Shown: positions 1-10,299, counted from the first letter of the stretch. The stretch is DNA of 64,000 bases from an uncultured Verrucomicrobiota bacterium (GCA_937872095.1 CALMNW010000014.1:112799-176798); one strand, 5' to 3'. Notes: a model not told the origin generated them from the letters alone. Numbers and translations are program-made.

Positions 1-865
1 AATCCAGACCGTCCGCATTCACGAATTTCGGATCCGCATAGGTATTGCCGAACCAATTCGTGCTGCTGTTTTGCAGGTCGGCCAAGGCCTCGATGTCGGC
101 CGCCACGTTCAGCGTGAAGAATATGTTGCGGGAACCCGAATCAGGCAACCGCCCGGTCAGCAACGCCAGTTTGCCGATCGCGATGTTGCCCACGAATCCG
201 GTGACGCTGCCCGCGAGCCCCAGCCCATACGCCGTACCGATGGCGGATTGCGCCACGCAATTCTCGATGTAGTTCCCTCTGGGACTCGTATCCATGGCAA
301 ACGCCGACAGCGAGCTGGAAATGGCCACGCACCGCCGAAACGCGTTGCTGTTGGCGCCCACGCCCACGATGCGGATGGATTGCGAACTGTTCGAAATAGC
401 GTGAACGCCTTCCACTTCGCAGTAGGCCGCCTTGTTGATTTCCAAGCCGTAATTGCCCCCAATCATCCGGATGTCTTTAATGCGCAGGTAATTTCCGCGA
501 ACCGTGAAGAGCGCTCCGCCGCCCGAGAAGATCGTCCCGCCGTAGGCGAGATTGGTGCTGCCCTGGAAGGTGATGAGGTTTCCGGCCACGCCATTGATCG
601 TGTTGCTGATGACGACCGGCGCATTGGTACCCGTATCGATGTAGACGATATCCCCGGGCAGCATCGTGTTCGTCAACACGCTGGCCAACGTCAGCTTGGG
701 CAGATTCGTCGCCAAACCGGAATTGGCGTCGTTTCCCCCGGCAGACGTATAGACGTCTCCCAGCGTATTCGTGTCGTTGACATAGTAGATGGTCGCGAAA
801 CTCGGCCACGCGCCCCCCAGCGCAAGACACATTGCGACACCCAGAATCCAAATCCGCGATTTCAT
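1..865 (-). CDS. Secreted right-handed beta-helix repeat protein, C-terminus outside window (partial)
   Basis: ATG at 865-863 opens a minus-strand frame that stays open to position 1; checked by hand translation at both ends. N-terminus MKSRIWILGVAMCLALGGAWP is a signal peptide. Body shows N/G-rich parallel beta-helix-like repeats (IDTGTNAPVVISNTINGVAGNLITFQG..., RIKDIRMIGGNYGLEIN...). Absent from the ORF track because it runs off the window edge; the listed ORFs 71..925(+) and 477..986(-) are other frames. Confidence 0.55.
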   Translation of the reverse strand, partial: MKSRIWILGVAMCLALGGAWPSFATIYYVNDTNTLGDVYTSAGGNDANSGLATNLPKLTLASVLTNTMLPGDIVYIDTGTNAPVVISNTINGVAGNLITFQGSTNLAYGGTIFSGGGALFTVRGNYLRIKDIRMIGGNYGLEINKAAYCEVEGVHAISNSSQSIRIVGVGANSNAFRRCVAISSSLSAFAMDTSPRGNYIENCVAQSAIGTAYGLGLAGSVTGFVGNIAIGKLALLTGRLPDSGSRNIFFTLNVAADIEALADLQNSSTNWFGNTYADPKFVNADGLD

Positions 866-1317
866 ATCGTCCATCCTCGCACGGGAAGCCTTGCGAAAAC
901 CGGTTTTTCGCACACGCCGCCTTAATTAGAATATAATACGGACGCCCTCCTCTTGGCAAGTACTCTGGGGGGCTTTTTCGGGACAAAAAACCCCGTGAAT
1001 TCGGAACTCAAACCGCTGGCTCGGAGGGCCGGCCGGCAACGGCGTGCCGGCCCAGGGCCATTCCTAAAATGCCGCAGTTTATGCGGGATGTCGGAGGTTC
1101 CCAAGACGCGAAAAACTACCGGCAACCCGATCCGGTTTCCCCGCCCACCACCAAGGGGTCCCATAGAACGTTTTCGGATTTTTGTAGTCGCGCCCGCTGG
1201 GCGCGGGGCTGTTCCGGACATGTCCGGCCCCACCGGGGCCGGCTTCCACTGTCGCCAAAGACTACGGAGGACAAGACAGAAAATCGAAATAGGCTCCAAG
1301 CTCCCGAACAAATGCGT

Positions 1318-2454
1318 TTATACGCGCGGGGGCGCCGATGGCTCCTCCCCGCCGCCCCTCAAACGACGGCCAAGGTCATGCATAACGCATTGCCGAACCG
1401 GCCGGTTAACAATTTCTGCCGGAAAATGCCGCCAGAGGATTTTTCTCGCCTGTCGGTAGACGTCCGGCAGTCCGCTCCAGTATGCGTCCACCGCCACCTT
1501 CACGATGACCGCGCGCGCATAGCGGGAATCGGCCGCCAGCAGTGGGTCGATGTCGCCCGCCTCCGGAGCGCCGCTTGAAAAGGCTTGCAGCCGTTCTTGC
1601 GCCGCGCTCCGGATGGCCATCCGCCCATATTCCGTCCCCCAAAAAGAACGCTTCCAGCAGATCCGTTCGGACATCAGCTGGGTCAGAGAGTGTTCGGGAG
1701 CCAATCGAGCCGCCCCGACCGAGCGTTGAATGAACGCGTCGACGTTGTTGTACCCATCCCTCTTCTTGGCCGAATAGTAATGCCAAATCGCGGCATCTTG
1801 CGCCGTTTCGGGCGCATGGACGATTTGCGCATTGTAGCGATGCGGCAGGATCGAACATGTGGCGGGGGCTTCCCAAATCGCCGAGTTCAAGGCCGGCTGG
1901 TCCCGGTAGTCTTGGCGCCGGCGATAGGATTCCAGCCATTTTTCATGCCAGAGCCGATAGAACCGGTGCGCGCCGTCCGATTCGGAAGCGTAGAGCGCGC
2001 CGCCGTTCACGTAGACCGACGGACTGGTGCTCCACCCCATTTGCTTCAGGATGGCCTGGTCGATCCCGCTGATCTGGTGGGCGTACATCCCCCGCGAATG
2101 GTTTGGCGCGCCGCCCACGTCTCCCGGCACGGAAAAAATGGCCGAGAGATCGTCGCGAATGACCGTGTCGCTGTCCAAATACAGATACGGCCCGTCGATC
2201 CGCGAGCGCAAACTGGTCTTGATGAATCGGTTGCGGAAAACGGGAGATTCCGACGGCGTCTCGACAACCAACCAATCGTCGACCTCGCCGAGTAGCGGAT
2301 CCTGCCCCTGCCGTAGCGCCTTGTCCGTCTCCGCATCGCACGCCACCACCGTCTGGACCCCCGGATTCGTTTGCCGCAACGACGCCACCGAAATCCGCGT
2401 CATGGCGGTGTAGATGTCCCGACCGGACGAAGTGACGACGTAAACGGTTTTCAT
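1318..2454 (-). CDS. Putative glycosyltransferase (GT-A-like, DxD-type motif YLDSD)
   Basis: 378-aa ORF, MKTVYVVTSSGRDIYTAMTRIS N-terminus typical of nucleotide-diphospho-sugar transferases; YLDSDTVI DxD-like motif. Family not resolved by eye. Confidence 0.55.
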   Translation of the reverse strand: MKTVYVVTSSGRDIYTAMTRISVASLRQTNPGVQTVVACDAETDKALRQGQDPLLGEVDDWLVVETPSESPVFRNRFIKTSLRSRIDGPYLYLDSDTVIRDDLSAIFSVPGDVGGAPNHSRGMYAHQISGIDQAILKQMGWSTSPSVYVNGGALYASESDGAHRFYRLWHEKWLESYRRRQDYRDQPALNSAIWEAPATCSILPHRYNAQIVHAPETAQDAAIWHYYSAKKRDGYNNVDAFIQRSVGAARLAPEHSLTQLMSERICWKRSFWGTEYGRMAIRSAAQERLQAFSSGAPEAGDIDPLLAADSRYARAVIVKVAVDAYWSGLPDVYRQARKILWRHFPAEIVNRPVRQCVMHDLGRRLRGGGEEPSAPPRV

Positions 2455-2494
2455 TGGCCGGCGGGGCAGCGCGTTGCGTGCGTTTCTGACGGGA

Positions 2495-3154
2495 TCATCG
2501 TTCCGGTTTCTTTTGGAAAAGAAGATTGAAATACAGGCCCGCCCAGCGCGGCAACCCGTGCGGGAAACATCTGAATCGCCGAAGGATAAATTGGTTGTGC
2601 GCCGCCCGCACTACCTGCCGATACGTGGTCACATGGTGTTCATTGATCCCGTGGTAGCCGATCAGATCGAACAGCGGAACCATCAAGCGATCGACCCGGG
2701 GCATGCCGATCAGCAACTGGCCGTCCGGCTGCAGCAGGCGCGCGCAGGCCGCCAAAGCCGTCGACGGATCCGCCACATGTTCGAAGATGGAGAAGGCGAC
2801 GATCAGGTCGAAGCGCTCCTCGCCGGCGCTGAACGAAGCGATATCCCCCTTGTGCAACTCGGCTTCGATGCCGAGGCCCCGCAAGATCTTCCCGGTTGCC
2901 TGCGGGTCGGAAGCAAGATCAACGCCGGCCACGTGCGGCGCCAGCGTGACGAGGGTGGGCATCAACAACCCGCTGCCATAGCCAATTTCAAGGATTCGCG
3001 CATACGGAGGGCGCAGCAGGGAAAGCCCGGATTCGATCCGGCGGCGATATAGCGCGCCAACAACCGGACGGTAGTAGAAATGAAGCGGATCGTCGTAGAC
3101 GTCGTTGGGCTGGAGAACTCCCTCCGGCGGCAAAAGCAGTTTCAAACGCGCCAT
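2495..3154 (-). CDS. Class I SAM-dependent methyltransferase
   Basis: GxGxG motif ILEIGYGSGLL followed by acidic D (VDLASD) and a FSIFEHV motif. ORF-track start 3313 trimmed to internal ATG at 3154 (MARLKLLLPP), which places about 56 aa before motif I and leaves a 22-nt gap to the upstream stop at 3177. Confidence 0.75.
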   Translation of the reverse strand: MARLKLLLPPEGVLQPNDVYDDPLHFYYRPVVGALYRRRIESGLSLLRPPYARILEIGYGSGLLMPTLVTLAPHVAGVDLASDPQATGKILRGLGIEAELHKGDIASFSAGEERFDLIVAFSIFEHVADPSTALAACARLLQPDGQLLIGMPRVDRLMVPLFDLIGYHGINEHHVTTYRQVVRAAHNQFILRRFRCFPHGLPRWAGLYFNLLFQKKPER

Positions 3155-3176
3155 TTGGATTTCCCTTTCACCGCCG

Positions 3177-5132
3177 TCACTGCTTTTTCCGTCCTCGCCC
3201 ATCGGCGGCATACGCGACCACTTGCGCCCGATAGACCAGCCGCGAGCCGGCCACCGGAGCCATGCGGCAATAGGCGATTCCGTCGCGAAGCATTGGATCC
3301 TCGAAAATGACATACGGAAAGAACCGTGCCCCCTCTTGCAGGCTCACCACGCCGCTGGCCAGCCACTCGCCGGGCTGAATCCCGCGAATCGCGGGATCTT
3401 CGACCGGACAACTCCCCCCGGTCTGCCGCTGGAAGTCGGCCCAGCGGATTTGGGGAATGCGGGTGGCGGCATCGTCGGAAACCACGTGCAGGATCGAACC
3501 CTTGTGAATGCGCACGGGCACGGTTTCGGGAGGGACATCCGCCCCCGCCGGGTCCGGTCTCCGAAATGCGCGATGCGTCTTGCCGACCGCCGGCATGCAG
3601 AGCATCAAGGCCAGCAAGACGACCGGCACGACATAGGCTTCACGATAGCGCGAAGCGCTCGGCGCGACGGGCGGCGCATCGCATCGCCGCAACCGCTCGA
3701 GACACCCTTTCATGCCGATGGCCAACACCCCGCCGGTCATGGCAACGGTCGCGGCAAACACTCGATAGCCGACGTCCACCAGAAACGGCAGGGAAAGAAC
3801 AATGCCGCCCAGCGCGGCCCCGAGAGCCACCAAGAGCCTGCGCCGGCCTTCATCTTTTTCATACGCCAGCATGACGAAAAAGTAGATGAACGGCATCAGG
3901 AAAACCGTCAGTTCAACCGGAAAAGGGTACCAAGGATAGAGGCGGGCAAAAGGATGGATCAGGATGTCGCGATACCCCTCGGCCAGAGAGACAAATAGCG
4001 CAAACGGTTTCTCCCGGAGTTCCTGGCGCACAAGCCCATAGATCATCCGGGATCGCTGCGAATCCGAGAGTTCCATGAGTTCCGGATGCTCGGTCTTGAC
4101 ATAATCCCAGCCCTTGTTGCCCTTGATGATTCCATAGAGCGTATACGAGAAATTGCCGCCCAGAACGCCGCCCGTCGGCGGACCGGCCAGTCGCAACTCC
4201 GCCATATTCAGCAGAAACGGAAGGGCGATCGCCCCGACGCAAAGCGCGACCATCGGGATGCTGTATGTACGGGGCGCAGCAAAAATCCGGCCGGCGGCGA
4301 GGGCCAGCGCCGGCAGCACGAACAGGGCGCCGGCCCGGAGGGTAAACGCCACGCCCAGCAGGCCAAGCCCCAGCGCAAATGCCCCCTTGCGGCGAGTAAA
4401 CGCGCCTTGCGCCAAAAGCAGAAACCCAAAATTGCCGAAACACAGTCCCGGAATTTCGGTCATCGTGGTAGGCGCGAACGGCAGGATGAAATACACCTGC
4501 AGCAACAACGCCAGAAGCGCAGCCACGATGCCAAAGTGGTTGAAGATCCAGCGGCAAAACAGATAGATCGACAGAATCAGGATCGCGACGTTCACCACGA
4601 TGACGGCCATCAGGTTCTGACCGGTCGCCAATAGCAGCAAGGCGTAGTAGTTGGCCACCATGGGCTTTCGGGCCGACCATTCATCCAAAAATCCATGTTC
4701 CAACAGATTCCTCGCCCCCTGGAGATACCCATACGCATCGCTTTGCGGGACGAATCCGGCAATCGAAAAACCGCCGGAGATTCCGCCACTCCAGATCTTG
4801 TACAGTTTGGCCCCCAATAGCATGGCCGTCAGGATCAAGAGCAGCCAGCCGACAACCGGGCTCCGATTGAGCATCTGCTTGCGCGAAACCAGTTCATAGA
4901 TGCCCAGGGCAACCAGCACAAGCGGAAAGGGCAACTGGAGGGATGAGCCTGCGGCGCTCGATGCGGCGGCCCACAGATACAGGGCCAACGCCACGCCGAA
5001 CCCGCCCCCCATGGCAACGGTGGCCCATCCGTCCGTTTCGAGGCGGGTCCTCGCCGTGCGCAGAAAGTCCATCATGGGCCGCGACAATCCGCACAAGACC
5101 AAGCCGGCAAGTTTTTCGGCAAGATCGCCCAA
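3177..5132 (-). CDS. Polytopic integral membrane protein, probable GT-C-type glycosyltransferase or polymerase-like protein
   Basis: 651 aa with more than 10 hydrophobic helices and a soluble C-terminal domain of about 150 aa. Lies in the glycan locus. Family not assigned. Confidence 0.65.
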   Translation of the reverse strand: MGDLAEKLAGLVLCGLSRPMMDFLRTARTRLETDGWATVAMGGGFGVALALYLWAAASSAAGSSLQLPFPLVLVALGIYELVSRKQMLNRSPVVGWLLLILTAMLLGAKLYKIWSGGISGGFSIAGFVPQSDAYGYLQGARNLLEHGFLDEWSARKPMVANYYALLLLATGQNLMAVIVVNVAILILSIYLFCRWIFNHFGIVAALLALLLQVYFILPFAPTTMTEIPGLCFGNFGFLLLAQGAFTRRKGAFALGLGLLGVAFTLRAGALFVLPALALAAGRIFAAPRTYSIPMVALCVGAIALPFLLNMAELRLAGPPTGGVLGGNFSYTLYGIIKGNKGWDYVKTEHPELMELSDSQRSRMIYGLVRQELREKPFALFVSLAEGYRDILIHPFARLYPWYPFPVELTVFLMPFIYFFVMLAYEKDEGRRRLLVALGAALGGIVLSLPFLVDVGYRVFAATVAMTGGVLAIGMKGCLERLRRCDAPPVAPSASRYREAYVVPVVLLALMLCMPAVGKTHRAFRRPDPAGADVPPETVPVRIHKGSILHVVSDDAATRIPQIRWADFQRQTGGSCPVEDPAIRGIQPGEWLASGVVSLQEGARFFPYVIFEDPMLRDGIAYCRMAPVAGSRLVYRAQVVAYAADGRGRKKQ

Positions 5133-5228
5133 TATGCATTTCTTCCGACAGAAGCCATTTTGAGCAGAATAATCCGTCGCCCAGATCCCGTCAAAAGAAA
5201 ACCATCCCGCCGGCCGGTTGCACGAATT

Positions 5229-6059
5229 TTACCCTCGCGCGGATGCCTTCCCCGCGATCGTTTCCGGGCGGGGGACATTTCGAACCAACGTGATCAGCGC
5301 AAACATGGCGGACCGTTTTCCAACCGGTCCGAGCGCCCGTTCCAGCACGCGACAAGGACGATAGGCCCATCCAGGGGCCAGCGACCGCAGCGACACGCCC
5401 CCCGACAGCAGATAGGCAAAGGGCATGAGCGGTTCGATCCGGGTCGGCGACCATTCGGGAAATTGCCGCTCAAACTTGGATCGGTCCCGGACAAACAGAA
5501 TCCACGGCAACGCGCCATTGGCCCCCGACAAGGGACCCTGATCCGGGAAACCCCATTGTTCCGCCTCCGGCCGAAACGGCTCGGAATGAAAATGCCCATA
5601 CACGAACCGAGACCACGGCGTCACCCATGGCTCGATCATTACGATTGCGCCGCCCGGGCGAACCACGCGGGCGGCTTCGGTGAAAAACCGTTCGGGCGTG
5701 CCGATGTGATGCAACACGTCGGTCATGACGATGGCCCGGAGCGAGCCGTCCGCGAAGGGCAATATCCCGGTCGCAGGCAAAACCCGATCCACCCCGGCGA
5801 CGGGCAGGACGTCGGTAGTAACCAAGCCGGGAATCCACTCCTTCATGAACCCCGCTCCGGAACCCAATTCGACCACGGGATCCGCTCCACTCGGCAAGTG
5901 GCGGCGGATCAGCCCATACCACTCCTCGTAGAGCTGGAACAGAAAGCGTTTGTTCCGGATGATGGCGCGGCGCCGTTCGGTCGTCTGCGGATCGTCCACG
6001 TCCATTCCGCGAGTCGCGGGATGCAGCAGCCAGCCGGAGATGCGAGCAGCCGCGCTCAT
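5229..6059 (-). CDS. Class I SAM-dependent methyltransferase
   Basis: Motif I VVELGSGAGF, post-II DGSLRAIVMTDVLHHI (Methyltransf_11-like). ORF-track start 6356 trimmed to ATG at 6059 (MSAAARISGW); the upstream 100 aa are Gly/Arg-rich low-complexity. Confidence 0.75.
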   Translation of the reverse strand: MSAAARISGWLLHPATRGMDVDDPQTTERRRAIIRNKRFLFQLYEEWYGLIRRHLPSGADPVVELGSGAGFMKEWIPGLVTTDVLPVAGVDRVLPATGILPFADGSLRAIVMTDVLHHIGTPERFFTEAARVVRPGGAIVMIEPWVTPWSRFVYGHFHSEPFRPEAEQWGFPDQGPLSGANGALPWILFVRDRSKFERQFPEWSPTRIEPLMPFAYLLSGGVSLRSLAPGWAYRPCRVLERALGPVGKRSAMFALITLVRNVPRPETIAGKASARG

Positions 6060-6467
6060 GCAAGCGAACTCCTCCGAGCAAGGCAGCTGGCCGACATGGA
6101 CGGCACCCTGCGGCACCGCCGTTGAGAATCGAATAGACTCATGTGCACACAGGTCAGCATGCCGAAACATCCCGGAATTATCAAGCGGCGCATCTGCGTT
6201 TCGCCGAGATATTCGACCATTGCGGCCCCTGTCGGCCGGGAAAATGCCCGCAGGGGCTTTGCCGTCCCCGCCGCCGCAAATTCCGCAACCCGGCCGGACG
6301 ATCCATGGTCGGCCCAGCACCCGTACCCTCTCCGGCCCGACTGGCGCAAGCGACACTCGACAAACAGGTTTTATGGGGTCATATTGGACGCCTTGTAAGC
6401 CTTGTAAACAAACCAGGACGGCCCCAAAGCTCTGTCACGCCAACGCCCACGACCCGGAACCCCACCA

Positions 6468-7940
6468 ATGAAGGAAGTCGCCATGCAGGACGAAGTCATT
6501 CCAGGGCCGTTGCCCGCCGCGCTCACCGAGCGGAAATCGTTTGTCGAACGAATCTACCAAGAGCAGTTGCCGACTCGCGAGCGGGCCGTAAACCGGGCCC
6601 GTTATTATTATTTCAATCTCAAGCGCCTGCTGAAGTTCATCGTCGAACCGGGACGGCGCGTGCTGCAGATCCATTGCGACATCGGCCATCTGCTGGATGC
6701 GGTGGCCCCCGCGCGCGGCCTCGGCATTCACCCCAGTGCCGGCCATTTGGAAATCGCCCGCAAGAATTATCCCGATCTGGAATTCAGGCAGATGGATGCC
6801 CACGACTTCGCCTGCGACGAGAAATTCGACTACGTCATGCTGTGCAACGCCATCGGAGACATCGTCGACGTCGAAGCCACCCTGCTGCGTTGCCAGAAAG
6901 TCATGGCCCCTGAATCGCGGCTGGTCTTGGTCTGGACCAACTACCTGTGGCAACCCGTCTTCAAACTGGCTGAACGAATCGGGCTCAAGAGCCGGCAACC
7001 CACGTTGAACTGGTTTAGCCCGTCCGACGTGGAAAATCTGCTCTCCCTCACCGGATTCGAACCCGTCAAAGAAAATCAAGCTCTGTTGCTGCCGGTCTAC
7101 GTTCCCTTCGTTTCCTGGTTCCTCAACTCGGTTCTGGCCCGCATCCCGCCGTTCCACCGGCTCTGCTACGTGAAAAGCCTGGTGGCCCGACCGGTGAAAA
7201 CCCCGAGAACCTTGGCGCAACCTCGAGTATCGGTCATCGTCCCATGCAAAAACGAAGTCGACAACATCCAAGCGGCGGTAGAACGGATCCCGGCGCTGGG
7301 CAGCCATACCGAAATTGTTTTCTGCGACGACAAATCGACCGATGGCACGGCTGAAAAAGTCCGCGAAATGCAACGATTGCATCCGGAAAAAGACATCAAG
7401 CTGGTTGAGGGCCCAGGCGTCTGCAAAAGCCTCAACGTGTGGGCCGGCTTCGACGCGGCACAGGGCGACGTCTTGATGATTCTGGATGCCGACCTGACTA
7501 CCTTGCCGGAGGAACTCCCCTATTTTTATGCGGCCATCGCGGAGGGACGGGGAGAATTCATCAACGGCTCTCGAATGGTTTATCCAATGGCGGAGGATGC
7601 CATGAAGCCCCTGAACGTGCTGGGCAACAAACTGTTCAGCCTGGCCTTCTCCTATTTGCTGGGCCAGCGCATCAAGGACACGCTCTGCGGCACCAAGGTT
7701 CTGTGGAAGAAAGATTACGAGCGCATGAAGGCCTTGCGCGGCACCTGGGGGGTCATGGATCGCTGGGGAGACTACGAACTGATCTTCGGCGCCGCGAAGT
7801 TGAACTTGAAAATCGTCGATCTCCCGGTGCACTACGTGGAACGGATCCACGGCGAGACCAAGATGACCAAGCGCTTCAAAAACGCCGCCGTCATGGCCCG
7901 CATGTGCTTGGCCGCACTGGTCCGACTGCGTTTCGCCTAG
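6468..7940 (+). CDS. Bifunctional fusion: N-terminal class I SAM methyltransferase domain plus C-terminal GT2 polyprenyl-phosphate-type glycosyltransferase
   Basis: N-terminal half carries RVLQIHCDIGHLLD (motif I-like) and LCNAIGDIVDVE. C-terminal half is canonical GT2 (VSVIVPCKNEVDNI, FCDDKSTDGT, ILDADL, C-terminal ETKMTKRFKNAAVMARMCL as in DPM1/ArnC/GtrB-like enzymes). Confidence 0.85.
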   Translation: MKEVAMQDEVIPGPLPAALTERKSFVERIYQEQLPTRERAVNRARYYYFNLKRLLKFIVEPGRRVLQIHCDIGHLLDAVAPARGLGIHPSAGHLEIARKNYPDLEFRQMDAHDFACDEKFDYVMLCNAIGDIVDVEATLLRCQKVMAPESRLVLVWTNYLWQPVFKLAERIGLKSRQPTLNWFSPSDVENLLSLTGFEPVKENQALLLPVYVPFVSWFLNSVLARIPPFHRLCYVKSLVARPVKTPRTLAQPRVSVIVPCKNEVDNIQAAVERIPALGSHTEIVFCDDKSTDGTAEKVREMQRLHPEKDIKLVEGPGVCKSLNVWAGFDAAQGDVLMILDADLTTLPEELPYFYAAIAEGRGEFINGSRMVYPMAEDAMKPLNVLGNKLFSLAFSYLLGQRIKDTLCGTKVLWKKDYERMKALRGTWGVMDRWGDYELIFGAAKLNLKIVDLPVHYVERIHGETKMTKRFKNAAVMARMCLAALVRLRFA

Positions 7941-8021
7941 CTTGGATGATCCAGACAAGGCGGCCTCGCGCGCATGAGACCGCCGCGAACGCCGGCTCAA
8001 CAAACGGCGACGGCGCGTGTT

Positions 8022-9473
8022 TTATGTCCGTCGAGAACCGCCAAATCCACTCCGGATTCCGTGGATGACCGGCCACGCCAGGCTGCGTACGCGATCGCGC
8101 CAATAATGGCCAGGCCGGCATGGCAGGAGGCCGAAGCGCTGCCGCGCGAGATCGAATTGCGCCAGGACCACGACGTTGCGGATGGCGCCGGTCGCCTTCG
8201 CCCCCCGGTAGCTCTTCCAATGGCGATAAAGCCGATTCCATGCGGGGGCGAAGAGAAAGCCCAGCTTGTACAATTCGCCGTTGAAGGCATGCGCCTCCAG
8301 GCGTTCGGCCAACTCGTTCCGGCACCAGCGCTCGTAATCGTGGTAGTCCGTCAGCAGTTCGGGATCCGTTTCTTTCGTCGTCCCATCGGGCGCCACTCCG
8401 GTGCGCGCCCAGGGCAGGCTGTACAACCGGGCGTCCAGCTGCTTGAACGCCTGCGCATAGATCGCGCCGTCGCGCATGAACGGGCACAAGCCCCACATGA
8501 ACCCGACGACCGGATCGCTGGTGAACGCTTGATGGAACCCCGTGAACACCCGGATCCGGTCCATGGCGTGGCCGATCCATCGCCGCATGTAGTTTTCCTG
8601 CTGGTGATGCTCCCATTTGATGCAATCCGGACCGTCCGCGACCAAGGCCCAGGACGAAGCGATGTCTTCCCGCGCTTGGCGGAAGCACTCCTCTTCGAGA
8701 AACGGGTGGATCAATTGCGCGTTGTTCTGCAGACGAGGGCCCTGCAGGTTCAGCAGGTGGACCCCGCTGAATTCCGCCCGGCCGATGCTGTCCCCATAGC
8801 TCGCGGCAATGACCAGATCGTCTTTCGCGGCATGTTCGAACCAGTTCATCGCGTGCAGATGGGTGCCCGCGATCTCCGCCCCGCCCCAGGTCGCCATGCA
8901 TTCGACGTTTTTCCAGGTCCAATCGGCGCCATAGGGAACGTGGACGAAGTCCCAGCCGAATCCTTCCGCGAGCCGGCGCGCATACTGGACGTCCCGGCTC
9001 TTTTCGAAGCCCCAGGAGACCACCACGATTTCGGCGCGGATCTGCTGCCGCGCCCGATGCAGCACCCCCGCGACCATGCGGCTGTCGTAGCCGCCGGTCA
9101 GCAGCAGGTATACTTTTTTGCGGGAACCGATGGCCTCGAGGAGTTCCGCCTCCAGCAGGCGGCACAGTTCCCGGGCGGCCTCGGCGGGATCCATGTGCGC
9201 GAGTCCGTGCGGAATCGGCGGCAGGCGCGCAATCGTCCCGTCCTCCATCAGTTCCGCGCGCCACGGCATTTTTTTGACGGAGGGGACCAGCGTCCGCATG
9301 CCGCACATGTGATGGAAATTGAAGATTTCCAGGATGCCGACCGGATCCACGATCCGCTCGGCCGGCGGCACGGCCAGAATCGCTTCTTCGGCCGTCAAAT
9401 AGACCCGCTGGGGTTGCGCGTTCCCGATGAAATAGGGAGAGACGTTCCCGAAATTCGCCGTCCTGCAAATCAT
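8022..9473 (-). CDS. Asparagine synthetase-like amidotransferase, PP-loop ATP pyrophosphatase domain only (WbpS/AsnB-like)
   Basis: PP-loop YLLLTGGYDSRMVAGV (SGGxDS-type) about 120 aa from the N-terminus. No class-II glutaminase (N-terminal Cys) domain is present. Overlapped by long spurious ORFs 7974..9944(+) and 7891..9468(-). Confidence 0.8.
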   Translation of the reverse strand: MICRTANFGNVSPYFIGNAQPQRVYLTAEEAILAVPPAERIVDPVGILEIFNFHHMCGMRTLVPSVKKMPWRAELMEDGTIARLPPIPHGLAHMDPAEAARELCRLLEAELLEAIGSRKKVYLLLTGGYDSRMVAGVLHRARQQIRAEIVVVSWGFEKSRDVQYARRLAEGFGWDFVHVPYGADWTWKNVECMATWGGAEIAGTHLHAMNWFEHAAKDDLVIAASYGDSIGRAEFSGVHLLNLQGPRLQNNAQLIHPFLEEECFRQAREDIASSWALVADGPDCIKWEHHQQENYMRRWIGHAMDRIRVFTGFHQAFTSDPVVGFMWGLCPFMRDGAIYAQAFKQLDARLYSLPWARTGVAPDGTTKETDPELLTDYHDYERWCRNELAERLEAHAFNGELYKLGFLFAPAWNRLYRHWKSYRGAKATGAIRNVVVLAQFDLARQRFGLLPCRPGHYWRDRVRSLAWPVIHGIRSGFGGSRRT

Positions 9474-9522
9474 GCTGGGCTCCGCCTCGTCTTTGCCGCG
9501 CTGGAAGGGCCGGCAGCCATGT

Positions 9523-10287
9523 TCAGGCGAAACTCCGGCCCAACGTCCGCCGCAAGATTTTTCCGACCCGCCGCTTCCAGCGCAGCCACCACGGCGACGG
9601 CACGAGAACCGTCAATTCGCCGCGCCGGAGCACGGTGTACTGGGGATAGCGCTCCTGCAACAACCACCAGACCTGGGCGTTGTCCTCGACGAAACAAACG
9701 CAGCGTTTGGCGAGGAACGGCTGGATGCTCGCGAAAGACCGCAGGATGGACGCTTCGGAATGCAACCCGTCGTCGACGTAGACGTCGATCCGGTCCCCGC
9801 CCAGCAGACGCCGCAGCTTCTCCGTTTCGTCGATCAGCTGGTCGTACTCGTGCAGTTCGGGGTCGCCTCCGGGAAAGGCCCCGCGCGCTTTCAGTGCCGG
9901 CAGATTTTCCCGGACGTGGGACAAATCGATGTCCAGCCCGATGACCCGGCCGCCGGGAAACAGCTCCGACCACAGGGCGAGTCCCGTGCCCCGCAAGATC
10001 CCCGCTTCGACCAAGACGATTCTCCGCCCCGAACGAACGAACGGAGCCAAGTGCTCCGCGTAGCTGGGAGCGTATCCATGCACGGACATCCGATCCCCGC
10101 CGATCATGCCCCCCCGTTCCAGTTCTTCCGGCGAGCGCGGATCCAGCGGACTCACCGTTTTGCGGGGAATCCCCTTGTGAAACCCGCCATAATGGTCTTC
10201 CGTTCGAACGAGCCACTCGCCCAGTTCGCGGCAAGAAGCCGCCGGTTCGACGCTTGTCGTATCGTCACTCATTTCTTGTCCATGCAT
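9523..10287 (-). CDS. Class I SAM-dependent methyltransferase (CmcI/TylF-like fold)
   Basis: RIVLVEAGILRGTGL (motif I), GLDIDLSH, YVDDGLHSE. ORF-track start at 10299 is a TTG; the first ATG is at 10287. The stop of the upstream gene (10300-10302) abuts it. Confidence 0.75.
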   Translation of the reverse strand: MHGQEMSDDTTSVEPAASCRELGEWLVRTEDHYGGFHKGIPRKTVSPLDPRSPEELERGGMIGGDRMSVHGYAPSYAEHLAPFVRSGRRIVLVEAGILRGTGLALWSELFPGGRVIGLDIDLSHVRENLPALKARGAFPGGDPELHEYDQLIDETEKLRRLLGGDRIDVYVDDGLHSEASILRSFASIQPFLAKRCVCFVEDNAQVWWLLQERYPQYTVLRRGELTVLVPSPWWLRWKRRVGKILRRTLGRSFA

Positions 10288-10299
10288 TTGCCCAACCAA

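Noticed and set aside
7974-9944. 656-aa plus-strand ORF and the 525-aa minus ORF 7891-9468
   Set aside because: Both overlap the AsnB-like gene, which has a clear PP-loop motif. Their translations are Arg/Pro/Gly-rich low-complexity with no motifs: typical high-GC alternative-frame artefacts.
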